A DNA stretch of 64,000 nucleotides, from IMG/VR virus record IMGVR_UViG_3300021254_000030. One strand, given 5' to 3'. The translations under genes and the position numbers were made by a program. This DNA is from a virus. Taxonomy: Duplodnaviria; Heunggongvirae; Uroviricota; Caudoviricetes. The first letter of the stretch is position 1. Every line of letters starts with the position of its first letter. This document shows, piece by piece, positions 28,171 to 40,298 of this stretch. The notes under the pieces are model-generated. The model made no database searches, was not told the origin of the DNA, and worked only from the letters and a program-made list of their open reading frames with translations.

Positions 28171-29637
28171 ATGGCGTTGATGATTAGATGCGTTCTTTAT
28201 CCTGGTGCCGATTTGTTTGTAACAACTGGAGGCAAAGAGCAAGCTGCTTCAATTACGGTAGCGAAAATAGAAGAAATTTGCCGTTTGATTCCCGCACTTG
28301 CAAATGAGATTAACTGGGAAAGAGGAAAAACTAAAAAATCAAGAGATGACGTAAATTATGTATTTAAAAATGGTTCAAGAATTAGTATCCTTGCCGCAAA
28401 AGAATCTTCAAGAGGACAAAGAAGAACTGGCGGAGTCATGGAAGAATGTGTATTAATTGATCAGACAATGTTGAATGAAGTTATTATTCCTACTACGAAC
28501 GTTAATAGACAACTTGCCGATGGAACCCGTGATAGTAAAGAAGTAGTTAATAAATCTCAGATTTACATTACTACTGCTGGATGGAAGAACTCCTTTGCCT
28601 ATGATAAACTTATTGAGCTATTGATAAGGAGTTTAATTTAGCCGGATGAAGTTATGATAATGGGAGGAACTTATGAAACTCCTATTTTAGAAGGACTATT
28701 AGATGAGGACTTCGTAGAACAATTAAAATTATCTGGCACTTTTAATGAGGATTCTTTTGATAGATAGTATAGATCGTTATGGAGCGGCGATGCTTAGAAC
28801 GCATTTTTCTCTTCTTAGACTTTTGATAAACATAGAGTATTGCGGCAGCCGGAAGGAGAATATAGCGGCAGGTCTAGTCGATCAGCGTATTATGTTTTAG
28901 GAGTTGACGTTGGACGTATAGGATGTACATCAGAAGTTATGGTATTTAAATGTACACCACAGCCGCAAGGTGCATCAATAAAATCATTAGTTAATCTTTA
29001 TACTTTTGAAGCATAGCACTTTTAGCAGCAAGCTATTCATATAAAGAAAATTTATTATAAGTATAAAGCAAGAAAGATAGCTTTGGATACAAACGGTTTA
29101 GGTATTGGTCTTTTAGACTTTATGGTGCTTGCTCAAGAAACAGATGATGGAGATTATCTTCCTCCTTTTGGAGTTTAGAATGATGATGAGGGAGTATATA
29201 AAAAAATTTTTAAAGGAGTAAGTTAGTATTAGAAAGACGCAATATTCCAGATAAAAGCTAACGCTCCAATAAATACAGAAGCATATTCTTATACTCAAAC
29301 TCAAATGTCCAGCGGGAAAATAAAATTTTTAATTGATTAGGCATAGGCAAAAGCTAAACTTATGTAGACACGAACCGGTCAAAATATGACAGTTGATAAA
29401 AGGAATGATTATCTTCGTCCTTTTGTTTTAACAACTATTTTAAGAGAACAAATGTTAAATTTAGTAGAAGATAACGAGGGAGTAAATATTATTTTAAAAC
29501 AAGATAGCCGCGGAATTAAAAAGGATAAATTTTCTGCTTTTGTTTATGGATTATATTATATAAAACAAGAGGAAGAACGTAGTAGAAAAAAGAAGAAGAG
29601 AGATTTAAGTAAAATGTGTTTATTTACTCCATTTTAA
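28171..29637 (+). CDS. terL: terminase large subunit, exon 2 (ATPase C-terminal part plus nuclease domain), many in-frame TAG
   Basis: ...NGSRISILAAKESSRGQRRTGGVMEECVLID... Track ORFs 28168..28641 and 29386..29637 share one frame with only TAG between them. Exon start approximate. Confidence 0.5.
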
Positions 29638-29723
29638 TTTTTAATAAAATAAGGACAAAATTTTATAAAAATATTTTTTTAATTTTTATATATAAATAGT
29701 TAAAGAAAGGAGATTATATTTTT

Positions 29724-30083
29724 ATGAGATCTTCTCGTGCAGAAATAAAGATAGAATAGATTCTGCGATAGGCAGGATTAGATTTTAAGGAAGAATATAG
29801 TTTTCCTGATTTAATAGGACGAGGCGGGCATGCCTTACGTTTTGATTTTGCTGTGTTTAGTGATGATGAAGAACTTTGGTTTCTAATAGAATACCAAGGT
29901 ATTCAACATTATAAAGCAAAGAGTATTTTTGGCGGAATGTCTGGATTACATCAACAGCAATTTTATGATATGCAAAAAAGAGAATATTGTAAAAAACATG
30001 GTATCAAGTTAATTTTAATCCCTTATTGGGATGAATCTTTAATCAATTATGATTATATTATGAATTTAGTCGGAATAGGCTAG
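29724..30083 (+). CDS. PD-(D/E)xK-like (DUF559/Vsr-like) endonuclease-fold protein, 2 TAG
   Basis: RFDFAV...WFLIEYQGIQH...KREYCKKHGIKLILIPYW. RBS AAAGGAGATTATATTTTT. Confidence 0.4.
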
Positions 30084-30132
30084 TAAAAACAGGAGGCGGT
30101 AAAAATTGGTAAATAGAAAAGAAGAAATAAAG

Positions 30133-31764
30133 ATGAAGGGTTTTAAAATGGCCCCTTCAATGGAAACCAATGAATCCTACTCTCCTTCAACAGATTTTTC
30201 AAAAATAAAAGTAGGGGTAAAAACTCTTGCCGATGCTATTGTTAATTTAGGCTAGTTTAAAAGAATTAACCCAAAATTAGGAGATAAAACTGAAGTCTTA
30301 AAAGCTATTAACACTGGTAATATAAATAGAATGATAGATATTTCTAATTTCTTTTATAAAACAAGTGGTATTTATGCTAGACTTTGTCGTTATATGGCGT
30401 ATCTATATAAATATGATTGGTTTATTACTCCTTATGTAAAAGGTTGCGAGGGACTCTTAGACCCTGATAGCGGACTGGGAAGTATTGAAACAAGTGAAGA
30501 AGATAAAGAAAAAAAGAAGCAATTTACAAATTTCTTTAAAGTATTAAGATTCTTTGAGGCTTTTGAAGTTAAGAAATTTTGCGGAGAAGTTGCTTTAAAA
30601 GTAATTCGTAATGGTAGTTACTATGGATATTTGATTCCACAAAATAATAAAGTAGTTGTTCAATAGTTACCCGTAAAATATTGTCGTTCGCGCTTTAAAA
30701 TAAATAATAGACCAGTTATAGAATTTAATATGAAATATTTTAAAGATGCGTATCCTGATGAAACTCAACGATACCGCATAATTAAATTATTTCCTAAAGA
30801 TTTTCAAAAGGGATATAGACTATATATAAATGGAAAATTAATGCCTGATTTTCCAGGAGATGAGTCTGGATGGTATGTTTTAGACCCTCAAAGCACTATC
30901 AAGTTTAATATAAACGATGAAGATTATCCTGCTTTTATTGCTGTAATTCCTGCAATTATTGATCTGGATGCCGCGCAAGAATTAGATAGAAAGAAAATGG
31001 CGCAGAAATTATTAAAAATAATTATTCAAAAGATGCCATTAGATAAGAATGGAGATTTAGTATTTGATGTTGATGAAGCGCAAGAGCTACATAATAATGC
31101 GGTTCAAATGGTAAGCCGCGCGATTGGCGTAGATATACTTACTACTTTTGCAGATGTTGAAGTAGCAGATATGTCAGATAGAGGTACTACTACTACTGTT
31201 GATGATTTGGAAAAGGTAGAAAGAACAGTATTTAATGAGGCGGGTGTTTCTCAATTACAATTTAACAGTGATGGAAATATAGCTTTAAATAATTCTATTG
31301 CAAATGATGAGGCTTCTATGTATAATTTATTAACACAGTTTGAGTCGTTTTTAAATTTATTATTAGAACCTTTTAATAAATCTCCTAAACGTTGTTATTA
31401 TCAAGCGCAGTTTTTACCAACTACAATTTATAATTATAAAGATTTAGCAAAGCTATATAAAGAGCAGGCGCAAATGGGTTATACTAAAATGTTGCCGCCC
31501 GTTGCTTTAGGGCAGACCCAAAGTTCAGTTTTAGCTAATGCGTTCTTTGAAAATGATATATTAGATCTTGTTAGAGTCTTTGTTCCTCCGCTTACTTCTA
31601 ATACTATGAACGCGGAAGCCTTACAACAAAGATCGGCAGTAAATAAAGGAGATAGTGGTAACGCAAGCGGTACAAATAGCAACGGTAAAGAAGGCGTCGG
31701 CCGCCCAGAGAAGGATGATAAAGAAAAATCAGAAAAAACTATATTAAATAAATAGAGTATGTAA
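30133..31764 (+). CDS. portal protein (about 540 aa, 2 internal TAG plus TAG-N3-TAA at the end)
   Basis: Position after terL, size, and YKTSGIYARLCRYMAYLYKYDWFITPY. Track ORFs 30331..30666 and 30730..31755 are in one frame. Confidence 0.55.
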
Positions 31765-31773
31765 GGAGAAAAA

Positions 31774-33126
31774 ATGGCATTAACACATCAAAGCATTGCT
31801 ACGATAAATTCTCCAGAGTTTATAAACTTACAACCACTAGATATAAATCCTTTAATGTCCTCTTGTGAAATTAAAGTTTTTTATTTAGGAGAAAATCGTA
31901 ATGGTAGTTTTATATCTAAATAGGTTGCCGCGGAAATGGCAAAAACATTACGAGGAGCACCTATTGTAGGATATTATAAAAAAGATAAAAAAGATTTCGC
32001 TGACCATGGAGATCAAATGATATGGGATGATGAAGGAGTCCATTTCAATTGTTTAACAAAACCATACGGTTTTGTCTCTCCTAACGCAAAGGTTTGGTTT
32101 CAAGACTTTGAAGATACCGATGATTTTGGGAACACTGTTGTCAGAACTTATATGGTTACTTCAGGGTACCTTTGGACTGGTCAATTTGAAGAAGCAAAAC
32201 AAGTGTTTGAAGAAGGCGGAAAGCCTCATTCTATGGAACTTGATGAAAAAAGTTTACAAGGTCATTGGGCAAAAAATATAAAAAATGAAATGGAATTTTT
32301 CATTATAAATGACGCAATTTTTTCTAAGTTATGTATTTTAGGAGATGATGTAGAACCTTGCTTTGAAGGCTCTTCTATAACTGAACCATCTAATACATTT
32401 AATTTAGATAAAGATTTTTCAAACACTTTATTTAGTATGATGAAAGATTTAAAATATGCCTTAGAAAAAGGAGGACCAGAAATGGCAGTAAATAAAAAAG
32501 AAACTCCTGAAGAAGTAAAGGACACTTTTATTGAATCAACTTTTGAGAAAAAAGAAGAAGAAAAGAAGGAAGAAACTAATTCTAATTCTAATGAAAATGC
32601 ATCAAAAGAAAATGACAAGGAAGAAGAGAAGAAAGATAAGAAAGAATATTCTGCAAAAGATGATAAAGAAGATAAAGAAGAAGATAAGGAAAACAAGGAT
32701 TCTTCTGATGATAAGGAAGATGATAAAGAAGATGAAGATGAAAAGAAAAAATTCACTGCTTTATCTGCGGAATATCAGTCTTTATCTTAGAAATATGCAA
32801 AGTTAGAGGAAGAAATTACTTCTTTAAGAGAGTTCAAACAGAATATTGAAGATAAAGAAAAAGATGAATTAATTAGTCAATTCTTTATGCTAACAGATGA
32901 AGATAAGAAAGATGTTATTGAAAACAAATCTAAATATACTATTGATGAAATTAAATCAAAGTTAGCAGTAATTTGTTTTGATAAAAAGGTCAATTTTAAT
33001 TTAGAAGAATCTTCTGAAAATGAAGATAAATAGAAAGAAATAACAACTTTCAATGTAGTTGATACAGAAGATTCAACCCCAGATTGGGTGAAAGCTGTTG
33101 AATCTACTATGAATAGTAAATTTTAA
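31774..33126 (+). CDS. putative prohead protease/scaffold protein with KE-rich low-complexity tail (450 aa, 3 TAG)
   Basis: Gene order (portal, this gene, major capsid). Long D/E/K repeat region 32520-32760. Coiled-coil C-terminus. Confidence 0.4.
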
Positions 33127-33143
33127 TAGGAGGGAAACCAAAT

Positions 33144-33752
33144 ATGGCTGTAGAAAAGAAAAGAAAAGGTTTCGGTCAAGTAGAACCTAACCACCTTTCA
33201 GCTAGATATACTGGACAAATTTATGCTCAGCTACCTGCAAGACATGCTGACGGTACAGCAATTACTCAGCTGGAAAATGGTCAGTTTTTAAAATATGATT
33301 ATGCGGCAGGTTGTGCAAGCGATAACAAAGATTCCGCAGGAGAGTGGATGTTAGTTTTTAATGAGGAAAAACTATATGATGAACGTTATCAGAATCACAG
33401 ATATTTTGCCTTAAAGAATACAGATTTTACTGATAAATTAATTTATCCTCGTCTTTTAAAGACAAATATCGGTGATATTTTCACAACTAATACCTTTAGA
33501 ACAGTGGCGGCATCAGCTGGTGATACACCTAAAACAGTAACTACTGGAGATTAGGTTATTGATTTACCTGCAGGCCTTGTAGTTGGCGCTACTGTTGTTA
33601 TTGATGATAACGGTTGGTTAAAATTAGGAACTCCCGCAGATGGAGAAATGGCTTTTAAGGTAGTTCCTCATTTTACTCAAATTGGCACTACTGGTGTAGA
33701 TTATACTCTTGGAGATATGCAGTTCGCTGTTAAACTTCAGAGAGTACAATAA
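33144..33752 (+). CDS. putative head decoration/capsid-associated protein (202 aa, 1 TAG)
   Basis: Lies between scaffold and major capsid protein. Track ORF extended through TAG 33552-33554 to TAA 33750. Confidence 0.35.
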
Positions 33753-33772
33753 TAAAATAGGAGGATAGAAAT

Positions 33773-34864
33773 ATGGCTTTAGATAGAAAAGAATTACAAG
33801 CATTAGCTAGAGCTACTGCTAAGGCTTCATTGAATCCTTCTGTTGCTTTTGCTTTTGGTGATAAGAAACTTGCCTATGAGGCATTAGATGAAACTTTTAG
33901 AAACGAAATGAATAACCTTGCGGGAACTTATGCTGAATACCGTGAGAATAAGAATCTTATTTTCAATTTAATTGAAATTGGATTAGATGAAATTCTTCCT
34001 GCAAAAGTTATGCAGAATTATGGTCAGTTCGCAGATGTGAAGACTTATGGTCAAGGAGACAAGCCTATTTTCCGTGTAAGAATTAGTGAAGCATCAAAGA
34101 AACGTGCTAAGAGTTTTGTAACAAGAGTTGGTCTAGCTGGTAGATATGAAGTCTTCAAGCTAGATGGATACACACTTGAAGTTCCTACCGCAGCATACGG
34201 CGGAGCAGCTTCTATCGGATTCGAGGAATTCCTTGATGGTCATATCACAATGAGTGATGTTTATGACTTAGTTTTAGAAGGACTTGATGAAGCTGTTTAT
34301 CGTGAAATTGCTAAGGCTCTTGTAGCAATGGCTCAAGATAGTGAATTTAATTCTTACAATAAAGCAAGCGTAGCAGGTTTTGATGAAGATGAATTTGACC
34401 GTTTAATTGCTACCGCGGATGCTTATGGTCAAAGTACTATTTATTGTACTTTTGAATTTGCGGCAACTATGCGTCCTAAGAATACAGCTATGTATTCAGA
34501 AGGTATGAAAGAGGATATTTGGAATAATGGTTATTTCGCAACTTATAAGAGACATAGAGTAATCGTTCTTCCTCAGAGCTTTGAAGATGCTACAAATGCA
34601 ATGAAGGTTCTTGATCCTCGTTATGCTTATATTATTCCTACTGGCGCAGAAAAGCCTGTTAAGGTTGCTTTTGAAGGTCAGACCGCAGTAAGAGAGCATG
34701 AAAATGCAGATTGGTCAAGAGAGATTCAGACTTATAAGAAATTAGGTGTTGCTGTTTATAATGTAAATCCTGGTATTTGCGTATATAAGAATACCGTTCT
34801 AAAGAAAGATAACGCTTCAAGATCTACTGGCGATCCTACTATTAGTAAGGTTATGACTGACTAA
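33773..34864 (+). CDS. major capsid protein (363 aa, no TAG)
   Basis: Position, size, strong RBS AGGAGGATAGAAAT, complete absence of TAG, strong terminator immediately downstream. Confidence 0.55.
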   Translation: MALDRKELQALARATAKASLNPSVAFAFGDKKLAYEALDETFRNEMNNLAGTYAEYRENKNLIFNLIEIGLDEILPAKVMQNYGQFADVKTYGQGDKPIFRVRISEASKKRAKSFVTRVGLAGRYEVFKLDGYTLEVPTAAYGGAASIGFEEFLDGHITMSDVYDLVLEGLDEAVYREIAKALVAMAQDSEFNSYNKASVAGFDEDEFDRLIATADAYGQSTIYCTFEFAATMRPKNTAMYSEGMKEDIWNNGYFATYKRHRVIVLPQSFEDATNAMKVLDPRYAYIIPTGAEKPVKVAFEGQTAVREHENADWSREIQTYKKLGVAVYNVNPGICVYKNTVLKKDNASRSTGDPTISKVMTD

Positions 34865-34877
34865 TAAAATTTAATAT

Positions 34878-34907
34878 GGGGAAGAGGTTTTCTTCCCCAT
34901 TATTTTT
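34878..34907 (+). terminator. intrinsic terminator after the major capsid gene
   Basis: GGGGAAGAGGTTTTCTTCCCC plus a T-run. Confidence 0.6.
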
Positions 34908-34937
34908 ATATTACAGGAGTTACAAGGAGAATTTAAT

Positions 34938-35477
34938 ATGGAAAAATCTACATTAGTAAAAGTTTTAAATAGAGATAATGGTTCTGTTGTTTATTCTATT
35001 CCAGAAATGAATGGACTACGAAGAGTTTTTCAGGCGGGAGAGACTAAGGAAGTTACTTTTGAAGAACTAGAAAAGTTATCTTTTATTCCTGGCGGCAAGC
35101 CATTACTAGAAGATAGTTTAGTTATTTTAGATAAGTAGGCAGTTCGAGCACTTTTAGGAACGGTAGAGCAAGAATATTCTTACACTAGAGACGATATAAT
35201 TAATTTAATGAAAACAGGTTCTTTAGATGAATTTTTAGATTGTTTGGATTTTGCTCCAGAAGGAGTTACTGATTTAATTAAAACATTAGCGGTTGAACTT
35301 CCTTTAAATGACGTTGCAAAAAGATAGGCTATTTACAACAAATTAGGTTTTAACGTTGATAATGCTATTAGAATAAAGAAAGAGTCCGAAGAGCCAACGG
35401 AAGCAAAATCTACAACTGCAAGAAGAAGAGTTCAAAAAACTGCCGATAAAACTCCTAGCCGCCGCGTTACTAAATAA
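34938..35477 (+). CDS. hypothetical structural protein (179 aa, 2 TAG)
   Basis: Track ORF 34938..35138 continues in frame to TAA 35475. Confidence 0.4.
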
Positions 35478-35491
35478 TAGGAGGTGTATTA

Positions 35492-35848
35492 ATGAGTATG
35501 AATTATACACCCTTTTCAGATGTTTATAATAATTTTTTATCAAAAATTACAGATGATATGTTTATGGAATTAACTTTATAGGATACCGAAAAAATTTTAT
35601 ACGAATTACTGGTTGCCGCCGTTCCTAAATTTGAATTTCCAAGGCAAGATTTATCTTATCAACAAATTTTTATTGAAGGGTAGGATGAAGATGACGAAGG
35701 GGATTTTATTTGGGCTTTTGTAAATAAACTAACTCCATAGGAAATAAATATAATTTCTACATATATGATTGTAGAATGGATTGGTCAGCAATTAGCTTCT
35801 ATTGAAAATACTCGTATGAAATATAGCGGGTCAAATCTGGCCCTTTAA
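35492..35848 (+). CDS. hypothetical head-tail joining candidate (118 aa, 3 TAG)
   Basis: RBS AGGAGGTGTATTA. Single frame ending at TAA 35846. Confidence 0.35.
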
Positions 35849-35964
35849 TGTTACACAATAACAAAATAATTTTAGGAAAATCGGGAAGGCTGAGATGCTA
35901 ACCCGAGCGGAAGTTGTCTTTTAAAAGAGATAACACGCGCAGAGCATAGGAGAGAAAACTTATT

Positions 35965-36981
35965 ATGGCAAACAAAAAAATAGTTCCAAAAGAACACCAA
36001 GATATTATTATTGATTTTTATGTAAATAAACAATATGGAATACAAAAGGTTATAAAAGAATTAAAAAAAATAGGTTTAAGTTATGGAGAAAGAGTAATAA
36101 AAAGGATTCTTCAAGAAAATAATATCCATATTCGTAATTTTAATGAAGCTAAAGTAGGAAGATATAAAATGGAAGTTCCTAAACAGCTTTAGCAAGAAAT
36201 TATTGAATTATATTAGAGAGGATATGGATTAGAAAAAATTGTAGAAATTTTAAATACATCTTTTTCTTTTGATAAAGTAAAATCTATTTTAATTGAAAAT
36301 GGTATTCATATTAGAAATTTACAAGAAGCCTCTTAGATAAAGGTTATGCCTGACTTGAGAAAATATTCTATTAATGATAATTATAATTTTCAAAGTCATA
36401 ATGGAGCATGGATTTTAGGAATATTTGCTTCAGATGGTTATCTACCAATTACCAAAGGAGCTAAGAATCGAATGATTTTAACATTACAAAGAAGAGATGA
36501 AGATTGTTTATCTTTAATAAAAGAAGAATTATAGTATACAGGACCTATTAATCAATATAATTCAACTTTAGGATACCCTAATTCTTCTCTTGCTTTTACT
36601 TCTTATAAAATTAGAAAAGAATTTGAAAGTTTTGGTATTGTAAATGCTAAAACTTTTAAATTAAAACATCTTCCATAGAATATAAAAGATGAATATATAT
36701 TAGATTTTATTCGAGGTTATTTTGATGGGGATGGAAGTGTTTATGAAAAAAGAGGATCTATAGCTTCAAGTTTTACTTGTGCTAATGAAACTTTTTTAGA
36801 AGATATAAAGAAAGTTTTATGTTAGAAGTTAAAGTTAGAAGGAGGGTCTATTTCTTTAAATCATAATGCATATTCTTTAAAATATGGAAAAGAAGATACT
36901 CTAAAAATGTGTTCTTTTTTTTATGATAATAATTATTTATCCCTTCCTCGAAAAAAGAAAAAATTTAATGCTTTAAGATAA
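35965..36981 (+). CDS. free-standing LAGLIDADG homing endonuclease with N-terminal NUMOD-like HTH repeats (338 aa, 7 TAG)
   Basis: GIFASDGYL and GYFDGDGSVY motifs. Tandem HTH modules at the N-terminus. Track ORFs 35965..36192 and 36346..36534 are in one frame. Confidence 0.6.
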
Positions 36982-37274
36982 TATCTCCCACGAGCCTAAA
37001 TATCCCAAAAGGATAAAAAGATATGCCGAACTTATACGAAAAAGAAGTATAAGAAGTAAAGATAAAAAACTTTACGATAACAAAAATTTGCAGATTTCAA
37101 ATTTACATCGCAAGCTAATCATATGCAAAAACTTTTACAAATGAAAAAAGATTATGAGCGGGAAGGATTTCATTTACAACGTCTATATAAAAGAAGAAAA
37201 AAGGATGAAGCAGGTGTTTATAGATCTACTTTTGGATCTATAATGCAGAATCATCCAGAAGGAGGGGCATCAGT

Positions 37275-37607
37275 ATGGCACAATTATTTTTAAAATACGG
37301 TGTCTCAATAGACAAAAAAGATTTTTCTGTAAACATAAAAAGAATTATAAATCAATTATATAAAATATTACCTATGCGCGAATAGGGTAAAGATTGGAAA
37401 AAACCTTTAGAAACTTTAATTGAATAGCTATGTGGCATGAAGAGACTGATCGGAAATCAAGATAGTCTCTTTTTTACAATAATATGTAAAATGGAGGGGC
37501 TATTTAATTTAACTGATGATGAAATAGATATGCCGTTATATAGACGGACAATATTTGAATGTCTTAGTTTATTAAATAGTTTAAATAGAAATGAAGTTGA
37601 ATCTTGA
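37275..37607 (+). CDS. hypothetical protein (110 aa, 2 TAG)
   Basis: RBS GGAGGGGCATCAGT. Ends TGA followed by TAG. Confidence 0.35.
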
Positions 37608-38892
37608 TAGTTTAAGGAGCAGAGCTACGTTTAAAGATGATAACTAGCATCTCTATGGAGAATAGCATTTTGGTCTTAATACTTTGCAATCAAGATTGAA
37701 TATAAGAGGCGGACATGACCAATGGACAAGAATGAGATAGGATAAACTACGAAGTTTATATGGTGCTTTATTCTCATCTTATCAACGAGCGATTGTTCAA
37801 AAATATGATGTTAAAAAAGATAGTTTAGCAAATAATATTATTTCAATAATTACTATATTACAAGATAAAGGTGATTTATCTGATAATCAAAGTCAAATTT
37901 TAAACACAATTGAAGAATAGTATAATTTTTCAGATATAGATAGAGATTCTTCTCAATATATAAATAAGTTATAGAATATCGTTAACTCTTTAGTGGATAG
38001 TGAACCTTTATTTAGATGTTTGATTAACCATGATAAATTAAAAGTAGATTATTAGGATAAGATTATATCTATACCATTTATGTAGCCGCCGCTTGGATAT
38101 ATAGAACCTATTGAAACAAATTTTCATAATGGAACTGTTTTTAAATGGGTGCATGGAAATAAAGAAGAATGGACTCCTGATACTTATTGGATAGTATATA
38201 TGCAGTATTCAGAAGAAACGGCTTATTTTAGAGCGGAAATTAGAAAAGCGGATGAAGAGATTGAAATTATAACAATAGATGATGAAGGTAATGAAAATAC
38301 TGTTACGTATCATGGTTGGATGACAGGCCCAAATGAAACAACTGCTCTGTGGAATGTAAAAAAAGGTGTTATTTGGAATGATATGAATTATACTAAACTC
38401 TTATATATTACAAAAGATGAAGACACCTTAGCTTTCTTCCAACGTTTTGATAGAATTATTATTAATGGAAAACCTTGGTAGGTACAAGCCTATAACGAGA
38501 GTTATAGCACAAATAAAAATGGTGATAATGAAAGTGGTATTATAAGAGTTGCTTTAAAAGAGACTTATACAAATACGCCACAATTTGTAAAATAGAAAAT
38601 TCAAGAATTAGATTAGCAATAGATAAAGAAGTAGGAACAAGATAGTCTTTTAACAGAACCTTTAATTGATGGACCTGCGGCAGCCGCACCTTATGACAGA
38701 TTGACGTACGTAGCAAAGAATGTGGAGCCCGCAGAATGGTCTGTATCTGATCCTTCTCTTGCTAGAATTGTTTCAGTGTCGGAAGATAAAAAAACTGTTA
38801 TTATTGATATTGTGACAGGATTTTCTAATGAAGAGGGATTTGAAATTAATTACGGAGATTTAAAAATGAAAGTTTCTATTTATTCTTTATGA
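37591..38892 (+). CDS. structural protein with C-terminal Big_2-like Ig domain (433 aa, about 16 TAG including a Gln-rich linker QKIQELDQQIKKQEQ)
   Basis: Single frame from ATG 37591 through track ORFs 38149..38481 and 38701..38892. C-terminal EPAEWSVSDPSLARIVSV...TGFSNEEGF resembles Big_2. Confidence 0.4.
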
Positions 38893-38909
38893 GATAAAAG
38901 GAGTATTGC

Positions 38910-39545
38910 ATGAGAAAAGATTTAATATCGTTAAAACCTATTTATTCTACATTTTTATCATGCGATAAAGACATATAGGCAATTTTAAAAAAACTTTTTA
39001 TTTCTAGCCGGCCTTATAGTGATATATTAAAGAAATTATTAATTATAAACTCTAAAGATTGCTTAGAGAATAATCCAGAATATCAACGAGTTATTGATAG
39101 CTATTCTCTAAAAGATTTAATAGATCATGGTTATATTCGATTAAATCCTAAAATATCACGTGGTACACATTAGGAAGTAAAAAGCTATATTCTAATTTCT
39201 TTAGATAATTTTTCAGATAATGTTATGAATCCTGAGTTTAGGGATTATACAATATCATTTGATATTGTATGTTATAATGATACGTGGGTATTAAATGATT
39301 ATAAAATTAGACCGTTATTAATTTGTGGATATATCGAAGGGATATTAAAAAGTTTATCTGATAATCCTATTGATAAAAAAACTTTTAGATCTACGATAAA
39401 ATTATCTGGAATAGGTGAGTATGAACTTGTTGGATGTAAACAAGTGGTTTTAAATGAAGATTTATCTATGTATACATTAACATTTAAAGGGATGCATTTT
39501 ATTGAAGATATTTCTAAAATTGGAGAAATAAAAGATGGAGAATGA
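38910..39545 (+). CDS. hypothetical tail-assembly-region protein (211 aa, 2 TAG)
   Basis: RBS AAAGGAGTATTGC. Frame shared with track ORF 39225..39545. Confidence 0.4.
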
Positions 39546-40278
39546 ATTACTTTATTTATCTGGAAATGATATTCCCTTTAAATAGGCTAAGTTAATAATT
39601 CATCAACCTAAGATAAAAGAAATTGCTTATATAGGAGAGAAAAGTTTTTTTACAGGATGTTAGTTTTTAAATTTTTCTAAAGAAAAAAATTTACAAGACA
39701 AGGACAAAATTCTTTTAGAAGAAACAAATGATTTTAAAATATTAATGACAATGATAAGACAAAATAATGCAATAACTAATTATTATAAAGTCTGTATGGA
39801 TATGGTTTTAACATTACTTTTTCCATAGTATAAAATTGATTTTTTACCTTTGAGTATTAGATTACTTAAAGATAAAGAATCTTTTTTTATAGATGAAAAT
39901 AATTTTAATGAATTTAAAATTATTCTTCAAAAAATGTTTTGTTTACAGGGCAACAGCGGAGGATCTAAATATAATCCTGCTGGACCTCAAGCCGCCGCAA
40001 TAGTTAAAAAACTTTAGTAGCGGGCTAAAAAGTTAGCTAAATTGAAAGGAGAGAAAGAAGATGAAGTAAATGTTTTATCTTAGTATATCTCTATTTTAAC
40101 CGTTGGCGAACAAAAAGATATGAATTAGTTATTGCAATATACCGTTTATCAATTATAGAATGAAATTTGCCGTTTTAGAATGAAAATAAATTATGATATG
40201 TATTTTTCAGCTAAATTGGCGGGTGCTCAAAATTTATAGGAAGTTAAAAATTGGATGGAAAAAATTTCCACCGATTAA
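39535..40278 (+). CDS. hypothetical protein (247 aa, about 12 TAG)
   Basis: ATG overlaps the end of the previous gene. One frame to TAA 40276. Confidence 0.35.
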
Positions 40279-40298
40279 AATTTTAAGGAGGAAAAAAC

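Noticed and set aside
32262-32756. 164-aa minus-strand ORF
   Set aside because: Lies antisense in the KE-repeat low-complexity region of the scaffold gene. Poly-S/F translation.
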